A DNA stretch of 64,000 nucleotides from Vicugna vicugna (GCA_013265495.1 MU058009.1:994001-1058000); one strand, 5' to 3'; counted from the stretch's first letter, positions 25,361-38,419 are shown. Numbers and translations are program-made. Notes: a model not told the origin generated them from the sequence alone.

Positions 25361-25629
25361 GGTAAGTGTGATCTTCCTTTGGCTTGGTTTGAGATCTCTT
25401 TATTCCTAAAAATCAGTCTCATAATGATTCTTACCATTCAAAGCAAACTGGTTCTTGGGACTTGAAGTTTGCACAGTAGCTACATTTTTTCCCGTTGTTA
25501 TCTCATTATTTCTCCAGTGGTCACTGGGTAACAGGGACACTCTGAGGCACCTATCCCAATGTGCAAAAGTGAGCAGAATACCTCTTGGGAAGGCATGTGA
25601 TCCGGCAGCTTCCTCAGGTCAATTATTTA

Positions 25630-25770
25630 CTTAGCCTGTAACCTTGCACAATTGTCTTATTCAATTCATAATTTCCTTATCTGTAAAATGGGGATAATAA
25701 AGACCATCCTCCTATTATGAGTCATACTAATACAAAGCAGTTTGTGAGTTATGGATTGGAACATAAAATT
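25630..25770 (+). mobile_element. MIR SINE core
   Basis: 'ctgtaaccttgcacaa...atttccttatctgtaaaatggggataataa'. Confidence 0.7.
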
Positions 25771-28700
25771 AAAGTAGCGTTATTATAATTATTTTTGTTA
25801 TGGATATTACAGCAGAACAAGAAGAGCTGAAGTGAGTAAACATAAAAATTCCATCGTATTTTTCTTCTATCCCCTGTTTCTTGCCAGAAAGCAGAAAAGC
25901 CATAGATCGGAGCTCTTCCTTCACCCAGGCAGAGCTTGTCACAGCCTGAGCTTTCCAGCTGATGGTGAGCGTAGATTTCCTACACCAAAAATTGGAACAC
26001 ATGATCTGACAAAGCCTTTTCCCCACTGATTCATGACTTTATTTTTATGAAAATCTGTAAGAATTACAATGCTTTAAGATATTAGTGCAATGTCTCAACT
26101 TTCTATGAGCGAACAAAAGAAACTAAAATGATATTCTCTTGGAAACCTGAGGCGTAACGGTCCCCAGCCCTTGGCCCGCCTTGTGAAAAATGGCTGCAGT
26201 TGGAGTTTCTTCTCATTCTGGTGGCTATCAGTGCAGGGTGAATAAATCTGTCCCCACGAGCCACCTTCTGAAAGGATGATCATCTAGATTCTTGAAGATA
26301 TTTATTTACCTCTGCCGTGATTTAGAGACAGACTCCTCCTTCACAGGCTCCTCTGCCCTTCGCTGCTGGTAAGACGCCCCGGTGGATTTATGTTGCTGCC
26401 CACGAGCAGGATTTGTGAGTTCAGATCACGTTGATGGCGCTACCCCGGATAAGACGCGTTTATCACAGCCGTGCTTGGTCCTGTTTGCATTACACGTTTC
26501 ACCGCCCGTTTTGTTAAAACCAAATGCTTTTAAACCATAGGCTTGTGGGTAGGGTGTCTCCCCAATCTATCAGCAACAAACATTTTGCCTTTAAAATCAG
26601 GTGAGTAGAACTCGGTTGTGCTCAACTATTAAAAGCGTCACCACTTCCAGCCTGAATTTGCTGCCATCTGACCATTTTCTTAAGTAGAAGGAAGGCCCAA
26701 GATCGTCTTTTCAAGGCTTCACCAGTCAAGTCAGTAGAGGATGGGTCTCAGATTATCAGGGGCAAAGATATCTTCTAGGAAGGGCTGCTTTAGGCTCAGA
26801 TGAGGTAAGAGGCTCTTGTGGAAATCTCAATGTCAGAATATTTCTGACTTGTAAAAGATCAAATGACTTGAGCTAATAAAAAGTCCAAAGGATGAAAGGC
26901 AGAGCTGGGCTTCAAAGGCACCTAGTCAGTGAGATTAGGGTACACATACGGAAAGAAGGAAATAGTGAAGAGACTCAGCGTCAGTCTGGCTGCAGGTTAG
27001 TGGTGCTTGAGCGGAGTTTCCGTGTTCCCAGGGATGGCACTTTGCCGTTCATCTGTGAAGTCTCATTTGGTAGCACAAAAATGAAATTTAAGTCCTTCCA
27101 AAGGCCATTTGCACACACACACACAAAAATTATTTCTTAGGCCCTGGTTACAAGAGCTTACAATAAGACTTAAATTCCTGGACCATAGGGATTTTCCAGG
27201 GTTTTATGGTTGCTTTTGTTTTTGTTTTTAATGAAGATAACAAAGACATAAGTCAATTCAATTTAACTTGAGTCTTATTAATCTTAAATTTTCACTACGG
27301 ACTGGGACTTAGAGTGACACATTCCCCGCTGTCGGTTGAGCCAACCCCCTTTGCCAGGGCTTTCGTCCTCTTTATGACATAACTCCACCTTTGACCCCTA
27401 GTGTAGTTCTGTGAGAAAGGCTACCCTCGATGTCTCCCTGCAATGAAGGCTTCTCACACACGGTGACCCTGCTCCTGAGCTCACAGACTTCAGTGATTCT
27501 CTCAGTTAGCAATTAATCACACCATCCCCTGGGACATCTCCTATCTGTGGTCTTTGTTGTTTAGAACTGGATTGTTTAGTTTTTTTGGTTTGTTTGTTCC
27601 TTGTCTCAAAATTTAGATGGTAGACTGAAGGAAGGTATCCTATGTTATTTGTGTTATGAAGGAAAAAAAGTGATGAAAGACATTATGGAGGTGACGTTTA
27701 CTTGCCAGATAAATTTGGGCAACTCTTTAAAGTTATCAACTATCTACCTTTGTGACGGTCAGTAACCCCAGGCTAGCTGAGAGGGACATGATGGATGCAA
27801 AATAAGTCTGTCACTTGATGATAAACTTTGTGCAGATCCCTTGTCACATTATCCAGTCCAATGAAATGGGGGTGGATAGGTGTGAGCATGATCCAGAGGG
27901 GTTACATCAGGGAAAGGACAGCTGAGGAACAAGGACAGGAAAATCTATTCCGGCAAGATCCAAGGAGAGCAGGTAAACGAGTAGTTGGAAGGACTGGCAT
28001 GGAGAGTAGATGTTAGATACACAGGAGGATTGGCAGCCAAGAGATGTAGGAAAAAGAGAGTGAAAAATAGAGCTAATTTGACAGCAGAGTGTGGAGTTGA
28101 AGCAAACTGATTAGAATTCAATCCATGAACTCTGGGCATGTGGTAGATGCCTCTTTTATGGCACTTAGAGCAGTAGCGAGAACAATGGCTAAGTGATATA
28201 TATTGCCTTAAAAAAGTCTGCTGACCAGTATCATGGGTTCTTTCAATCTGTTGCTAATTTGCATAATGATCTTAAGGTTATAATAGGGACAAGGCAAGTC
28301 TGTTATGAATGGTTCCTAGATTCCTAGAGAAGAATGCTGATGAGGGGACGGCTGGGGGCTTCGCTCTGTTCACTGGTTTGCTGTCGGCGGGCTGCCCTGC
28401 AAACTGGTACTCAGGTTCTTGAAGGAGTCCTGGGCAAAGGGTTTGAGTGGATGATGGAATTCCATTTCCACACTATCAAAAACGACACGGTGATCGTAAT
28501 GAAGCTGGGTTTTGTCTCACCTGAATCAGACCACATTTGAAAATCCTTGCAATGGGAGGAGGGCTTCTGATGCGTTAGCCTCTTGCTGCGTGAATATCAG
28601 AGGGAAGGAATGTCAGCATCAAGTGTATCTTCATGGGAGAGTGAATCCCTGCACTTTCTCTTCTGGAAGACTGATTGCTATTTCCTTATTTCTGCCATGA

Positions 28701-28825
28701 ACCGTTGACACTGGAATCTTATCAGGCCTCCTTCCTCAGCTCGCTCAGCATTCTTGTGCTCAGGCTGCTAAGAAAGTTTGTCTTGGCTCCCTAGCATGTG
28801 CTCTGGTTTATGCATTTAGATGCTT

Positions 28826-28942
28826 TCTCCCTCTCCCTCCCTCCCTCTCTCTCTCTCTCTCAGAGACCATCTAAAGACAGAGAGAGAGAGAGAGGAAAAA
28901 AAAAAGAGAGAAGGAAAAAAATAAGAGAGAGAGAGAAGAGAA
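28826..28942. repeat. (CT)n tract followed by (GA)n/A-rich tract
   Basis: CT tract about 28826-28861, short spacer, then GA tract from about 28879. Confidence 0.9.
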
Positions 28943-29339
28943 ATCCTATGGTTCAGCTGTCACTACCCTGCTCTCTTCCTTTTAGCAAAACTACCCTGCA
29001 AGAATTGTGTCCGTAGAATCCCAGGCAGTCCCCTGTTTCTACCCTTTGGGCTAAATCCAATAACAGCCAACAGCTCTCTAACAGTCTGTCCAGTGGGCTC
29101 AGTAGAGGCTGCAAATTGAGCCAAGATATATAAATGGCCCCTTCCCGTGTGGCTGGAAATGGCAATTGGCTTGGTCTCTGTAACTGGTCAGTGCTCAGAA
29201 CAAAGCTGCTAGTGGTGAGAGTTTCATCACTGCATTTCCCCGTCCCCAGCAGAGCTGGGTGCAGCCGGGCTGCCTGGAAACACAGCCCTCCTTCAGGAAT
29301 GTGAGGTCAGTTGCTTTAAGTTAAAAGGTCCTTCTGGTT

Positions 29340-29540
29340 ATAAGTCACTTTCACATCCACCACATCATTTCATCCTCATCATGAGTCAGATAAAAGCAGT
29401 TATTATATACTCCATTATATAGATAGGTAAACTGAGGTCAAATGATTGCACTGTGCCCAGGGAAGAGCAAGGATCTGTTTACCGAAAGTCAGAGCTACAG
29501 AGCTGGGTGAGCCACGAGCTTCTTGACTCCAACTGACACT
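29340..29540 (-). mobile_element. MIR SINE
   Basis: 'catttcatcctcatc...ccattatatagataggtaaactgaggtcaaatg...cttcttgactcc'. Confidence 0.7.
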
Positions 29541-29834
29541 CCGTATTGGAGCACATGTGCTACACCAAACACCCAGACTATAGTTTTCAATGCATATAGG
29601 ACATTGAGCTAGATGGTCAGACTGACAACAAAGCAATCACTGCACAGTTGTAAAATGATTCGTCTTTAACTCTCATTGCCTATTTTGTGTCTTTGGCAAA
29701 AGTCAGAATTCTGAAAGTAGTGCCTTGTGTTCCATCCTTCATGTCCATGGTGGTTTTTAAGGCTTGCAGAGAAGTATTTATAAGGATGTGAAAGTTAGGG
29801 AGGAAGAGAAGGAGAGAGGAAGTGGGGGAGAGAG

Positions 29835-30460
29835 GACATTTATTGAGCACCGTCCCCAAGATCAGTGCTGATAATCTTCTCCGTTTATCTCAGTGCATTC
29901 TCATTTTGGGTAGATCATGTGACCTCACTGCACCTGCTTTCTCATCTGTAAAGTAGACCTATGATGCCTACTTTGAAGTTATCGAGTAGATAAAATGGGT
30001 TACTACACATAAAGCCCTTTTAACAGTACCCAGCTCTTATTAAACATTTGCTGTTGTAATACAATTATCTACATATGAAGAAAATGAGGCTCAGAATTTT
30101 TATTTATTTATTTATTTTTCATTGAAGTATAGTCAGTCACAATGTGTCAGTTTCTGGTGTACAGCATCATGTCTAGTCACGCATGTGCAAGCGTGTATTC
30201 GTTTTCATACTCTTCTTCATTAAAGGTTGTTACAAGATACTGAATATAGCTCCCTGTGCTGTACAGAAGAAATTTGTTTTTTATTTATTTTATATATAGT
30301 GATTAACATTTGCAAATCTCAAACTCCCAAATTTATCCCTTCTCACCCTTTTCCCCCGGTAGCCATAAGATTGTTTACTATGTCTGCAGAGACTCAGGAT
30401 TTTAAATATGTCCAGCCAAGTTCTCAGCTGATAAGGAAATAGGACAGAAATCCAGGTCCA
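29835..30460. mobile_element. MIR cluster: antisense MIR interrupted by a sense MIR fragment and by a young L1 3' end
   Basis: Antisense 'catttattgagcac' (29838), sense core 'tttctcatctgtaaag' (~29940), antisense 'gaaaatgaggctcag' (30080) resuming after 30390. Confidence 0.6.
30101..30388 (-). mobile_element. Young 5'-truncated L1 3'-UTR insertion (cetartiodactyl/camelid type) with TSD
   Basis: (TTTA)n tail; 'attgaagtatagtcagtcacaatg...tacaagatactgaatatagctccctgtgctgtacag'; TSD gaggctcagaatttt (30086-30100) / gagactcaggatttt (30389-30403). Confidence 0.85.
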
Positions 30461-30681
30461 AGTGATTTTAGAAGAACCACAACGATATATCTGAAATATT
30501 CTTATGTTATTAGCTGGGAAGACCTTAAATTCTTCCACCAGGCGAACATTCCAAGACAGAATAGGCAGACCCAGCTACGTGCTACATGGGAGCAGAGAAG
30601 GGATGCTGAGGGAGAATTCTTCATTTTTGTCCAGAAAAAAAGAAAATTCATGAACCACAGAAAGCTGGGAGGGAGCATTAC

Positions 30682-30732
30682 CCATCTAGTCCTGGTCTTC
30701 CTCGAAAAAGAACAAGAGATCGTCCTTGAAAT
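30682..30732 (-). other. Candidate 51-nt exon (host transcript unknown)
   Basis: Strong acceptor 'ttaattattttggtttctgtag|ATT', donor 'TGG|gtaatg', length divisible by 3, one frame open (xFQGRSLVLFRGRPGLDG); no homology recognised. Confidence 0.3.
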
Positions 30733-32974
30733 CTACAGAAACCAAAATAATTAAAGGCCCAGGACATGTGCCAGTCTGCCACGTGGAGAACGAGGAGCAG
30801 GCTGTCTTGGTTAACGTCAGCTGGAGGTGTGGGTGCCCCTTGGCTTTTGTTAGGGTGGCGGTCCAGGTTAGGCTGCCTTGTGCCAAGTCTTCTATTCTCC
30901 CGAAGATCCATCTCCCTGCTGGCTTTTCGGTGTAGCACGGAGGAGGACAGGGCCTGACAGTCACTTACTGCTATATATTTCTCGACCCTTCCAAAAATAA
31001 ACAACAAGCACACAAATACATAACTTTCTCCTCTTCCTCTGTGTGGCAGGAAGTCTCTGTGTATAAAATTCAGCTCTTTAAAAAAAAATGAAAAAACTAG
31101 CATATAGTATTTCCTAACAGAAGACTGGGATAAGAGAGAAAAAAAAAAAAAGAAACAGAACTGTGTCCAATGTTGCATTAGATACAGGCTTTTACAAAGA
31201 CTAATGCATTGAAAAGCAAATATATCGGCACTCGCCATAACCTTGACATTTTGACAAATACCTCAGTGTCTGCCTGTGTGATCAAATTGATTATCTCTGT
31301 GAGCTTCCTTCAAAGCCACTCACCTCTGTGGCACCTTCCACTTGGATCTGTAAAAGCCTGGGGCTTGATGCCAGCATGCTGTTTTCATCCCAGAATCCTT
31401 TGCCGCTTTGTTCCATTATTCTTAGCACCCCCCAAAGAAAAGCAGTTCAAAGAATGTAGTGGGAGCTGTCTTGAGAATGAGGTAAATACGGTTAATCGCT
31501 GAGTTTTGTAGCGGGAAGAAAGGTCTGTTAGAAGGAGCTCGAGATAATTAATTTCCTTCCTTCTTGAAAAATTTCACTGAGAAGACTGTCCAGGTGAGTT
31601 GCCCTGGCTGGGTTTAGCGCTGTCATGTGAAAGACAGCTGCAGAGGTGGAGGAAAACGTAGTTCCCTGGGGTGGGTACATCTGATTGCATTGATGGGAGC
31701 ATAGAAAACAAATTTAGTTGTTATTGGTGGTGTTCAGAGGCGGCGAAGGATGCAGGGAAGGGAGATACTTCTTTGCTGATAGAACCCTTTAAAGGAGACA
31801 GAGTAACTGGAATTAATTCACTTTTATTTGAACCGAGGTGTAACAGTTATCTGACACTAGCACTCTTAACTTGCTTACCACCACTTCAGCAACTTCTGCT
31901 CTGAGTTTTGTGATTGTGTTGTTGTTCATTTTTGTTGTTTATTTGCTTGTTTTTAAACAGCTTAAATAAATATATGACAGGCACAAGGCTGCTTTCTTAC
32001 AGTGTAACCCAGTACCCCTGTCAGTTGGACCGTTTACGCAATGTAATGGCATTGACGATACCTGGCGGCCAAGTGTCCAGAGCTTCCATCCGCAAGGAAC
32101 CCCAGATCTGCTTCACCCGGAACCTGGCCAGCATGGGTCTGGCCCAGTGTTGTCAGGACAAGCTACCCTGAACGCAAGGCGTGTTGGCAGTGAGGCAGGC
32201 AGGAGCCTCTCACTCAAAGGAGTATCCTGTGTGTACTAAGTTTACTGTGGCCCCAGGTGGTGAGCACACGGATGTCCTGTTGATTTCAGCATCCTTGGAA
32301 AGAATGAAAATAACCTGCAAGCCGAAAGACAACCCAAGATACAGCTCACATGCCCCTGAGAGGCTGTTCTCTTGTGTTTTTCTTTTGCAAGAGAAGCAAG
32401 TAGTCTCCCTTCCACCTGCTGCCCAAGAGTCAAGCCTCATCGTCCCTTCATAACTAATAAACTGCCTGTGTGAGCGGCTCAGACCTCACCCGGACTCTTC
32501 CTTTCTGCATTTACTGACATTTAGGAGCCAAAACCCATTATGTTAAAATTGGTTAAATAAGGTCTCTCCAGTCAATTTTGCCTATAAAACAATTTTCCTA
32601 TTCAAGAACATTGAACACTGGACTCCATCTCTCATAATAAAGAGGCCATTAATTCTCTGCTACTGCTCATTATTCTTATTAACTATTCGCAGACTTTTTG
32701 CTAGAGGCAAAATGTATGTATTAGAGGCAGCAAATGAGGAGTGTGAACATGCTGAGGCCAGCGTCCTCACCCAGGCAAGCAGCGAAGCCGGCGACACCGG
32801 ACCCCGCCATCTGGGCCCTGCACTGAGCATCTGTGCTGCCGGGAGCCAGGACAGGGGCGGGAAGATGTGCTGTTCACGCAGCAGCGTTGTTACTCAGAGT
32901 CCTCTGTCTCAAGTATGTAGCAAAAACAACCTTCTAAGGGTAAAAACTGACTGATCACTTGGATTTTTCCTTAG

Positions 32975-34290
32975 TTTTTTTTTAAACAACCTTATTGAAG
33001 AATCTTTTTTATGTCATAAAATTCACTTATTTCCAATGGAAAATGCAATCATTTTTACTAACTTTATTAAATGGTGCAATTAGCACAATAAATCAGTTTT
33101 AGTACATGAAGACCCCTTTTGCCCATTGGCAGCTAATTCTAACCCACTCACACCGGCCAGCCCCTGGCAAGCACAAATCTACATTTGATCTCTTTAAAAT
33201 TTCTTTTTGAGACATTTCATATAAAGAAACCATACGATTGATGGTGTCTTGTATCTGACTTTCATTGAACATAAACTTTGGGGCTCATTCATGCCATGGC
33301 ATGCGTCCAAAGTGCCTTCATTTTTTTTATTGTTGAACGTTATTTCGTGTAGGATATACCTCCTCTTATCTATCCACTCACGAGTTGGTGAACATTTAGG
33401 TACTTTTTAGTCCTGAGCGACTATAAATAATGTTGCTCTGAACATCCATGTGCGGGTCTTTGTATTGACATATATTTTTGATTCTTTTGCATATGTTCCT
33501 AGGAGTGGGATTTCTGGGTCATATGGTATTTTTATGTCTAACCTTTTGAGAAACTCCCAAACCGTTTTCCAAAGTGGCTGCAACATGCTACATTTTCACC
33601 AGCATCGGATTACAGTTCCCATTTCTCCACATCTTCATCAAAGTTTCTTATTGTCTTGTCTTATTTATTTTAACCATTCTGGTGGGTGAAAGATGGCATT
33701 TTGTTGTGGTTTTAATTTGTATTCCCTAAGGAATAGCATGTTATGCATCCTTTCATTGCCATCTGTGTCCTCTTGAGGACAATATCGGTTCATACTCTAC
33801 CCATTTTTTTAATTGGGTTGTTTGTCTTTCAGTATGTGAGTTACAAATATTCTTTGTAAATTCTGGATGCTGGGACTTGATCGCATTCGTGCTTTGCAGG
33901 TATTTTTTTCCCATTCTGTTGTTAGTCTTTTTATTTTCTTAATAATGTCGTTGGAAGGGCAAAAGTTATGAATTTTGATGAAGCCCAATTTATCAACTTT
34001 TTTTTTTCTTTTCAGGAGTCCTATCTAGGAAATCTTTGTCTAAGAAAAAGCATCCAATTTTTTCTGTTATGATCTCATACAAATTGTTTTAACTTTTACA
34101 TTTAACTCTACGATCATGAGCTAATTTTTGTGTAGGGCGTAGGTGAGTCTAAGCTGATCATTGTGCCTACAGCGATGCCATTGTCCCAGCACTGTTGGAT
34201 GAAAAGACTCTGCGTTCACCAAGGAATTAATTACGTTGGCATCTTGGTAACACAGGCAGTTGACTGTGAGTACAAGGGTTTATTCCTGTT
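32975..34290 (-). mobile_element. Old L1 (L1M-type) 3' region, antisense
   Basis: 'ctataaataatgttgctctgaacatccatgtg...cctaggagtgggatttctgggtcatatggt...ttttccaaagtggctg...ttttgatgaagcccaatttatc...ttgtcccagcac'. Confidence 0.9.
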
Positions 34291-35264
34291 TATAATTAGC
34301 TTGAGATTTCAGTATGACTATCCCCGATTTCCACATGGTGAGGCTGAGGCTGGTTAGCGGAAGAACAGGCTCCCAAAGTTAGGTCGTCCTTTTTCAAATA
34401 ATCTCTTTTTAATATAACTCCACAATATAGAAAAACCTTATTTAAAGTTTCATCATATTGACCAAGGGACCAGGAATCTGGGGTTTATCTTTGACAATGG
34501 CCTTAGCATTGAAAAGGATGCCCATTAGCTGTCAACATTGGGAAGGCTAATTCAGACGCACAGCTACCTCCTTTTGTTCAGAAGAAGGCGCTTCACTCAT
34601 TCGTTTATTCACGCATACCACAAGTCTTGATTTAGCTTCTGCAAGGTAGCGGAATCCACTCGTCTGTTAATACCAGGGGTTTGTATTATAGCCTCCGTGT
34701 TCCTCTCTGGAAGAAACTTCTATCAGTTACTGCTCCCCATTTTCCAACAGGCGTCAGTTCAATCACATGCTCTCAATTACCTGCTCCCTTCCCTCGACCC
34801 GAGCAGGACACAGCCCAGAGTTGAGTGTGGAACTCGGCAGGAACTGTAAAGACGCTCCAGGCCTGAGGCAGAAACCTGTCTCACGTAACCTGGTCTGTCT
34901 CGTCGTGTTACTGCACTTCTGTTCTCCTGCGTCTTGGCTCTCTTCCTTCAGTGGCTGAATATTTCCTTTATCCTGAGCCTACATGCTTTGCTCCACTTGT
35001 TCTGTTTTCTGTTTTGAAATGTTTGATCTCTACTTCGGGCTGTTCCGACCTGCTCTACTGATCTGCGTAGTGACCTCTCATTTTGACCTGCACCCTTCTC
35101 TCGACCTCTTTCGTTTGGGTGCATTTCCACTAAGAATTGCTTACCTGGTCTGATGCTCAGTTCAGTCTTGAGCATCAAAAACTTCACTCTGACCTGGAAC
35201 TGACTTAGTTCTCCGTCCTGAGGATCTGTCTTCCGTCTTCATTGATACAACCCTGTTCTAAGTA

Positions 35265-35520
35265 TAATAGGGCAGTGATTAAGGAGGTGGGCTCTGGGCT
35301 AAGACTCTCTCGGTTAAAACTTTGGATATGTTCTTTCCGAGGTATGTAAACTTGGGCAAAGTCCTCAGTCTTTCTGTATCTCAACTTCCTCATCACAAAA
35401 TAGGAATAATAATTATATGACCTTATGGGGTTGTGGTTAGAAATAAAGAGTTAACACACATGTTAGAAAATGGTGTCTGACACATAAAAAGCTCTCAGTA
35501 AATCCGAGCTGTTCTTCTAT
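35265..35520 (+). mobile_element. MIR SINE (near full length)
   Basis: 'gcagtgattaagg...ggctctgg...cttgggcaaag...tctcaacttcctcatc...gggttgtgg...gtgtctgacacata...ctcagtaaat'. Confidence 0.8.
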
Positions 35521-35529
35521 TATGGCTCC

Positions 35530-36170
35530 ATCCACCACTGTAACCCGCCGCCCTGCCTCTAGGCTGCTCCCTTGTAATCCGTTCTCCACACTGCAGCCCG
35601 AGTCCCCTTCTAACATGTAAGTGTACAACGCTGCTCCCTTGCTTCAGGTAAAACACGCAGTCTTGATCTTGCTTACAAAGCCGTTTCTTACCTCACCTTT
35701 GCCCCCTCCTCAAAGCCATCAGGACCAATTATTTGCCAATGCTATGTTCATTTCTTTTTTGCATTTTTTAAACTTTTATCTTTTTATTTTTTCATGTTTA
35801 TTATTAATTTTTTTTTTTTTTTGGTATGACATAGTCTCTTGTCTCTGGGCTTTTATTCACCTGCTCCTGGTGATTGAAACAAGCCATTTCTTTACCCAGG
35901 AAGCTATCTGTCAAGTCCTGATTATCAGTTCCTTCTGTGGGGGCATTCGCTGGTCCCCGGAAGTGGTTTAGGCACCTCCTTGCATGTTCCCACCTTGAAT
36001 TCCCTTGTCGCGGAATTTATCACGCCCAGTTGCAGGTATACATACCTTTCTCTTCCACTAGACTATAAATTATAGAGACGGGGCTCCCCCCCTGTCCTGC
36101 TCACAGTGTTACTTCTCATGCCCAGCACACTGCTGAAGACACAGCAAGCTCGCAGGAGGCCTGAGCTGGG
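35530..36170 (+). mobile_element. L2 LINE 3' fragments
   Basis: 'ttctccacactgcagcc', 'ccactagactataaat', 'cccagcacactgc'. Confidence 0.65.
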
Positions 36171-38419
36171 CTTGTAAACAGTTGGCAACGGTCTGCATTT
36201 TGATAGGTGTTTGCGAGAGAAAGGCAATCCCCAGGCTGGAATCTGAGCATATTTATTACCAGATAATAAATGCTACCAGAGGTAGCATTCCATGCCTCCC
36301 AAGAAGTAGCCTTAGTTAAAAATAAAAGAGTGCAATTAGAACAGATGGATTCATACAAAAAAAAATAAAAAGACAAATGTAAGGGCTCTTCTACTCTTCT
36401 GTTTATCGTCATAGAACAGGTCGTAGATCTTTGGGTAAAAAAACCAAACACGCAGCAGGGATGGAGAGAGTGTTGGCGCTGATGTAACACCCTTTGAAGA
36501 CTGGCTTCTTCCCCTTTGGATCCCCAGATGGTGGCACGTGAAACTGCCACCTAGTATGGAGTCTGTAGATGGATTTCATGGGAGTGTCCCCATGTGCTTC
36601 ATTTATCTGTCACTTTTATTTACTGCAATTTATATACTTCGCTAATTTGATTTGACATAATCAGGACATGGCCACCAGAAACAAGGTGGCATCTTTTAAA
36701 TATTTCATTTAATAAGGAAGTACTGAATGCAGTCTCTCCCGTTCCTTTTTATTAGGGAAGGGGACACGGACTAAACACTATTGCTCACAGGGTTAGCATG
36801 AACTCATAGTAAAAATTCTCTAAGACACGCGCAGCCTCTACACTGTAACTAACGGGAATTGATTTGGAGTTGTATTCATTTTTAACAAGTTGTAATGAAC
36901 TGTCTTTTATGTTGCTCCCAGTCATTCATTAGCCTTTTAAGTGCCATACAACCCAGGAGAAATATATATACTATGACAACTTTCGGTGGTGTTTGCTCAG
37001 CCGAGTGTGTTTTGGCTCTCCCACAGCCTCCTGAGTGTGACATGGCCCAACTCAGCGTGGTGAATCTCTCCGTGTCTTGGCCCCATTCCCTGTGAAAAAT
37101 AAGTGCAAAGGTTTGGAAGTCAACTGGTGGAAAATTAAGGTTATATCAGAGACCTAGCTTGTCTTTATAAAGCTGTGGTTTCAATGAGCTGAAAATTCAG
37201 TTCTCTTAATGGCTCTTCCATATTTCGTTCAGTTCCCAAAGCCTAGAAGGAAGTTTTTAAGAAAATCAAAGAAATGTCTCTTACTTCTCACTTTGGATTG
37301 CTTTAAAGGAAATGCTTAAAAATACTGTGTGAGCTTCTTCCTCATTGGCATTGTCTGTGGCATTATTCAACCGTACCTATATCAAATCAGTGGTTCTCAA
37401 TCAATAAAATATAACGTGCCATCAAGAGAGAAAAAGGGTGTGATATGTCTGTAAATTGAATTTTTTCCCCACTCAGGAATGACTTACTTGCATCTAGCCG
37501 TATAGAAGCCACCATATCGGACTAAGCAGATACATGTTGCCTAGAAGACTAAGAATAGTAGTTTACAGAGATTTTTAAAACACTATTTGAAGGGAATACT
37601 TTTAAACACTCTGAAATGAATTCTAAAACCTAATCATCCTTGAACGGCAAAGGGCTTCATGACAACACGTCCTCTTGTGCAGAGTCTTCATGCAGCTGGC
37701 GTGACGCTCAGCGTACTTCCGGAAATAGCGCTACGTGGTCAGTAAATGATAACGTCCTCCGTTATTAATGTTCATGATGTCACCAGCATGGTCCCCTTTG
37801 CCTCACCAATAGCCACTGATTGATCACAGTCCTACAAATATTGCTAAACCGTGTCAGGGAACCCTAGACGGAACATTGCTCACTGCGCCTCTTGAGAAAA
37901 TCAGTTCACCTACTCTTCAAGGTTGATTGCCACTGACCTCAGTTCTGTCTCAAGGTCCTCTCTGTGAGCGGGAAAAAAAAAAAAAAGAAAAAAAATTCTC
38001 CAAGTTTAGGAGCTGGCTCCAAGGATTTATTTTTTTACGCTATAATTCTAGTCTACAGATATAGACCTCATCCATCTGTTGATTCCTTTACTCATTTACA
38101 GGTGGCACACGGAGAAGCGAGACCACCCAGGGATCTAAGCCCCGCAGAGCTCTCAGCTTCAGTCTGACTCAGCCCTGGAGCCAAAGAGCGTGGCTTCTAG
38201 GTTTGAGGAGACCAGAAGCCTGCTCCTTCCAAGGGTTCTCTATCCCTGCCATGGTCTTAAATTTTATACCTATTCTCATTCTAATTTAGAATGTTCACCC
38301 ATCACTCCTTAGACCCTGGGGGTTAAAAGAAGTTTAGACATGAACAAAACAATAACCACTCCTGACTTCCAGAAGATCCAGAGAATTATGTCTTTTTTCT
38401 TTCATCCATCGAGTGAAGT

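Noticed and set aside
26310..26480. CpG-rich exon-like segment with a minus-strand donor (GAG|gtaaat)
   Set aside because: All three frames from the nearest acceptor contain stops and the acceptor is weak; not supportable as coding.
30678..31238. Longest ORF (186 aa, minus strand)
   Set aside because: Runs through poly-T tracts (FFFF) and intron-like sequence with no recognisable domain; only short internal exon candidates were kept.
33450..33689. ORFs within L1 remnants (also 52005-52211 and 57635-57844)
   Set aside because: Antisense or degraded L1 ORF2/3' UTR sequence, not host genes.
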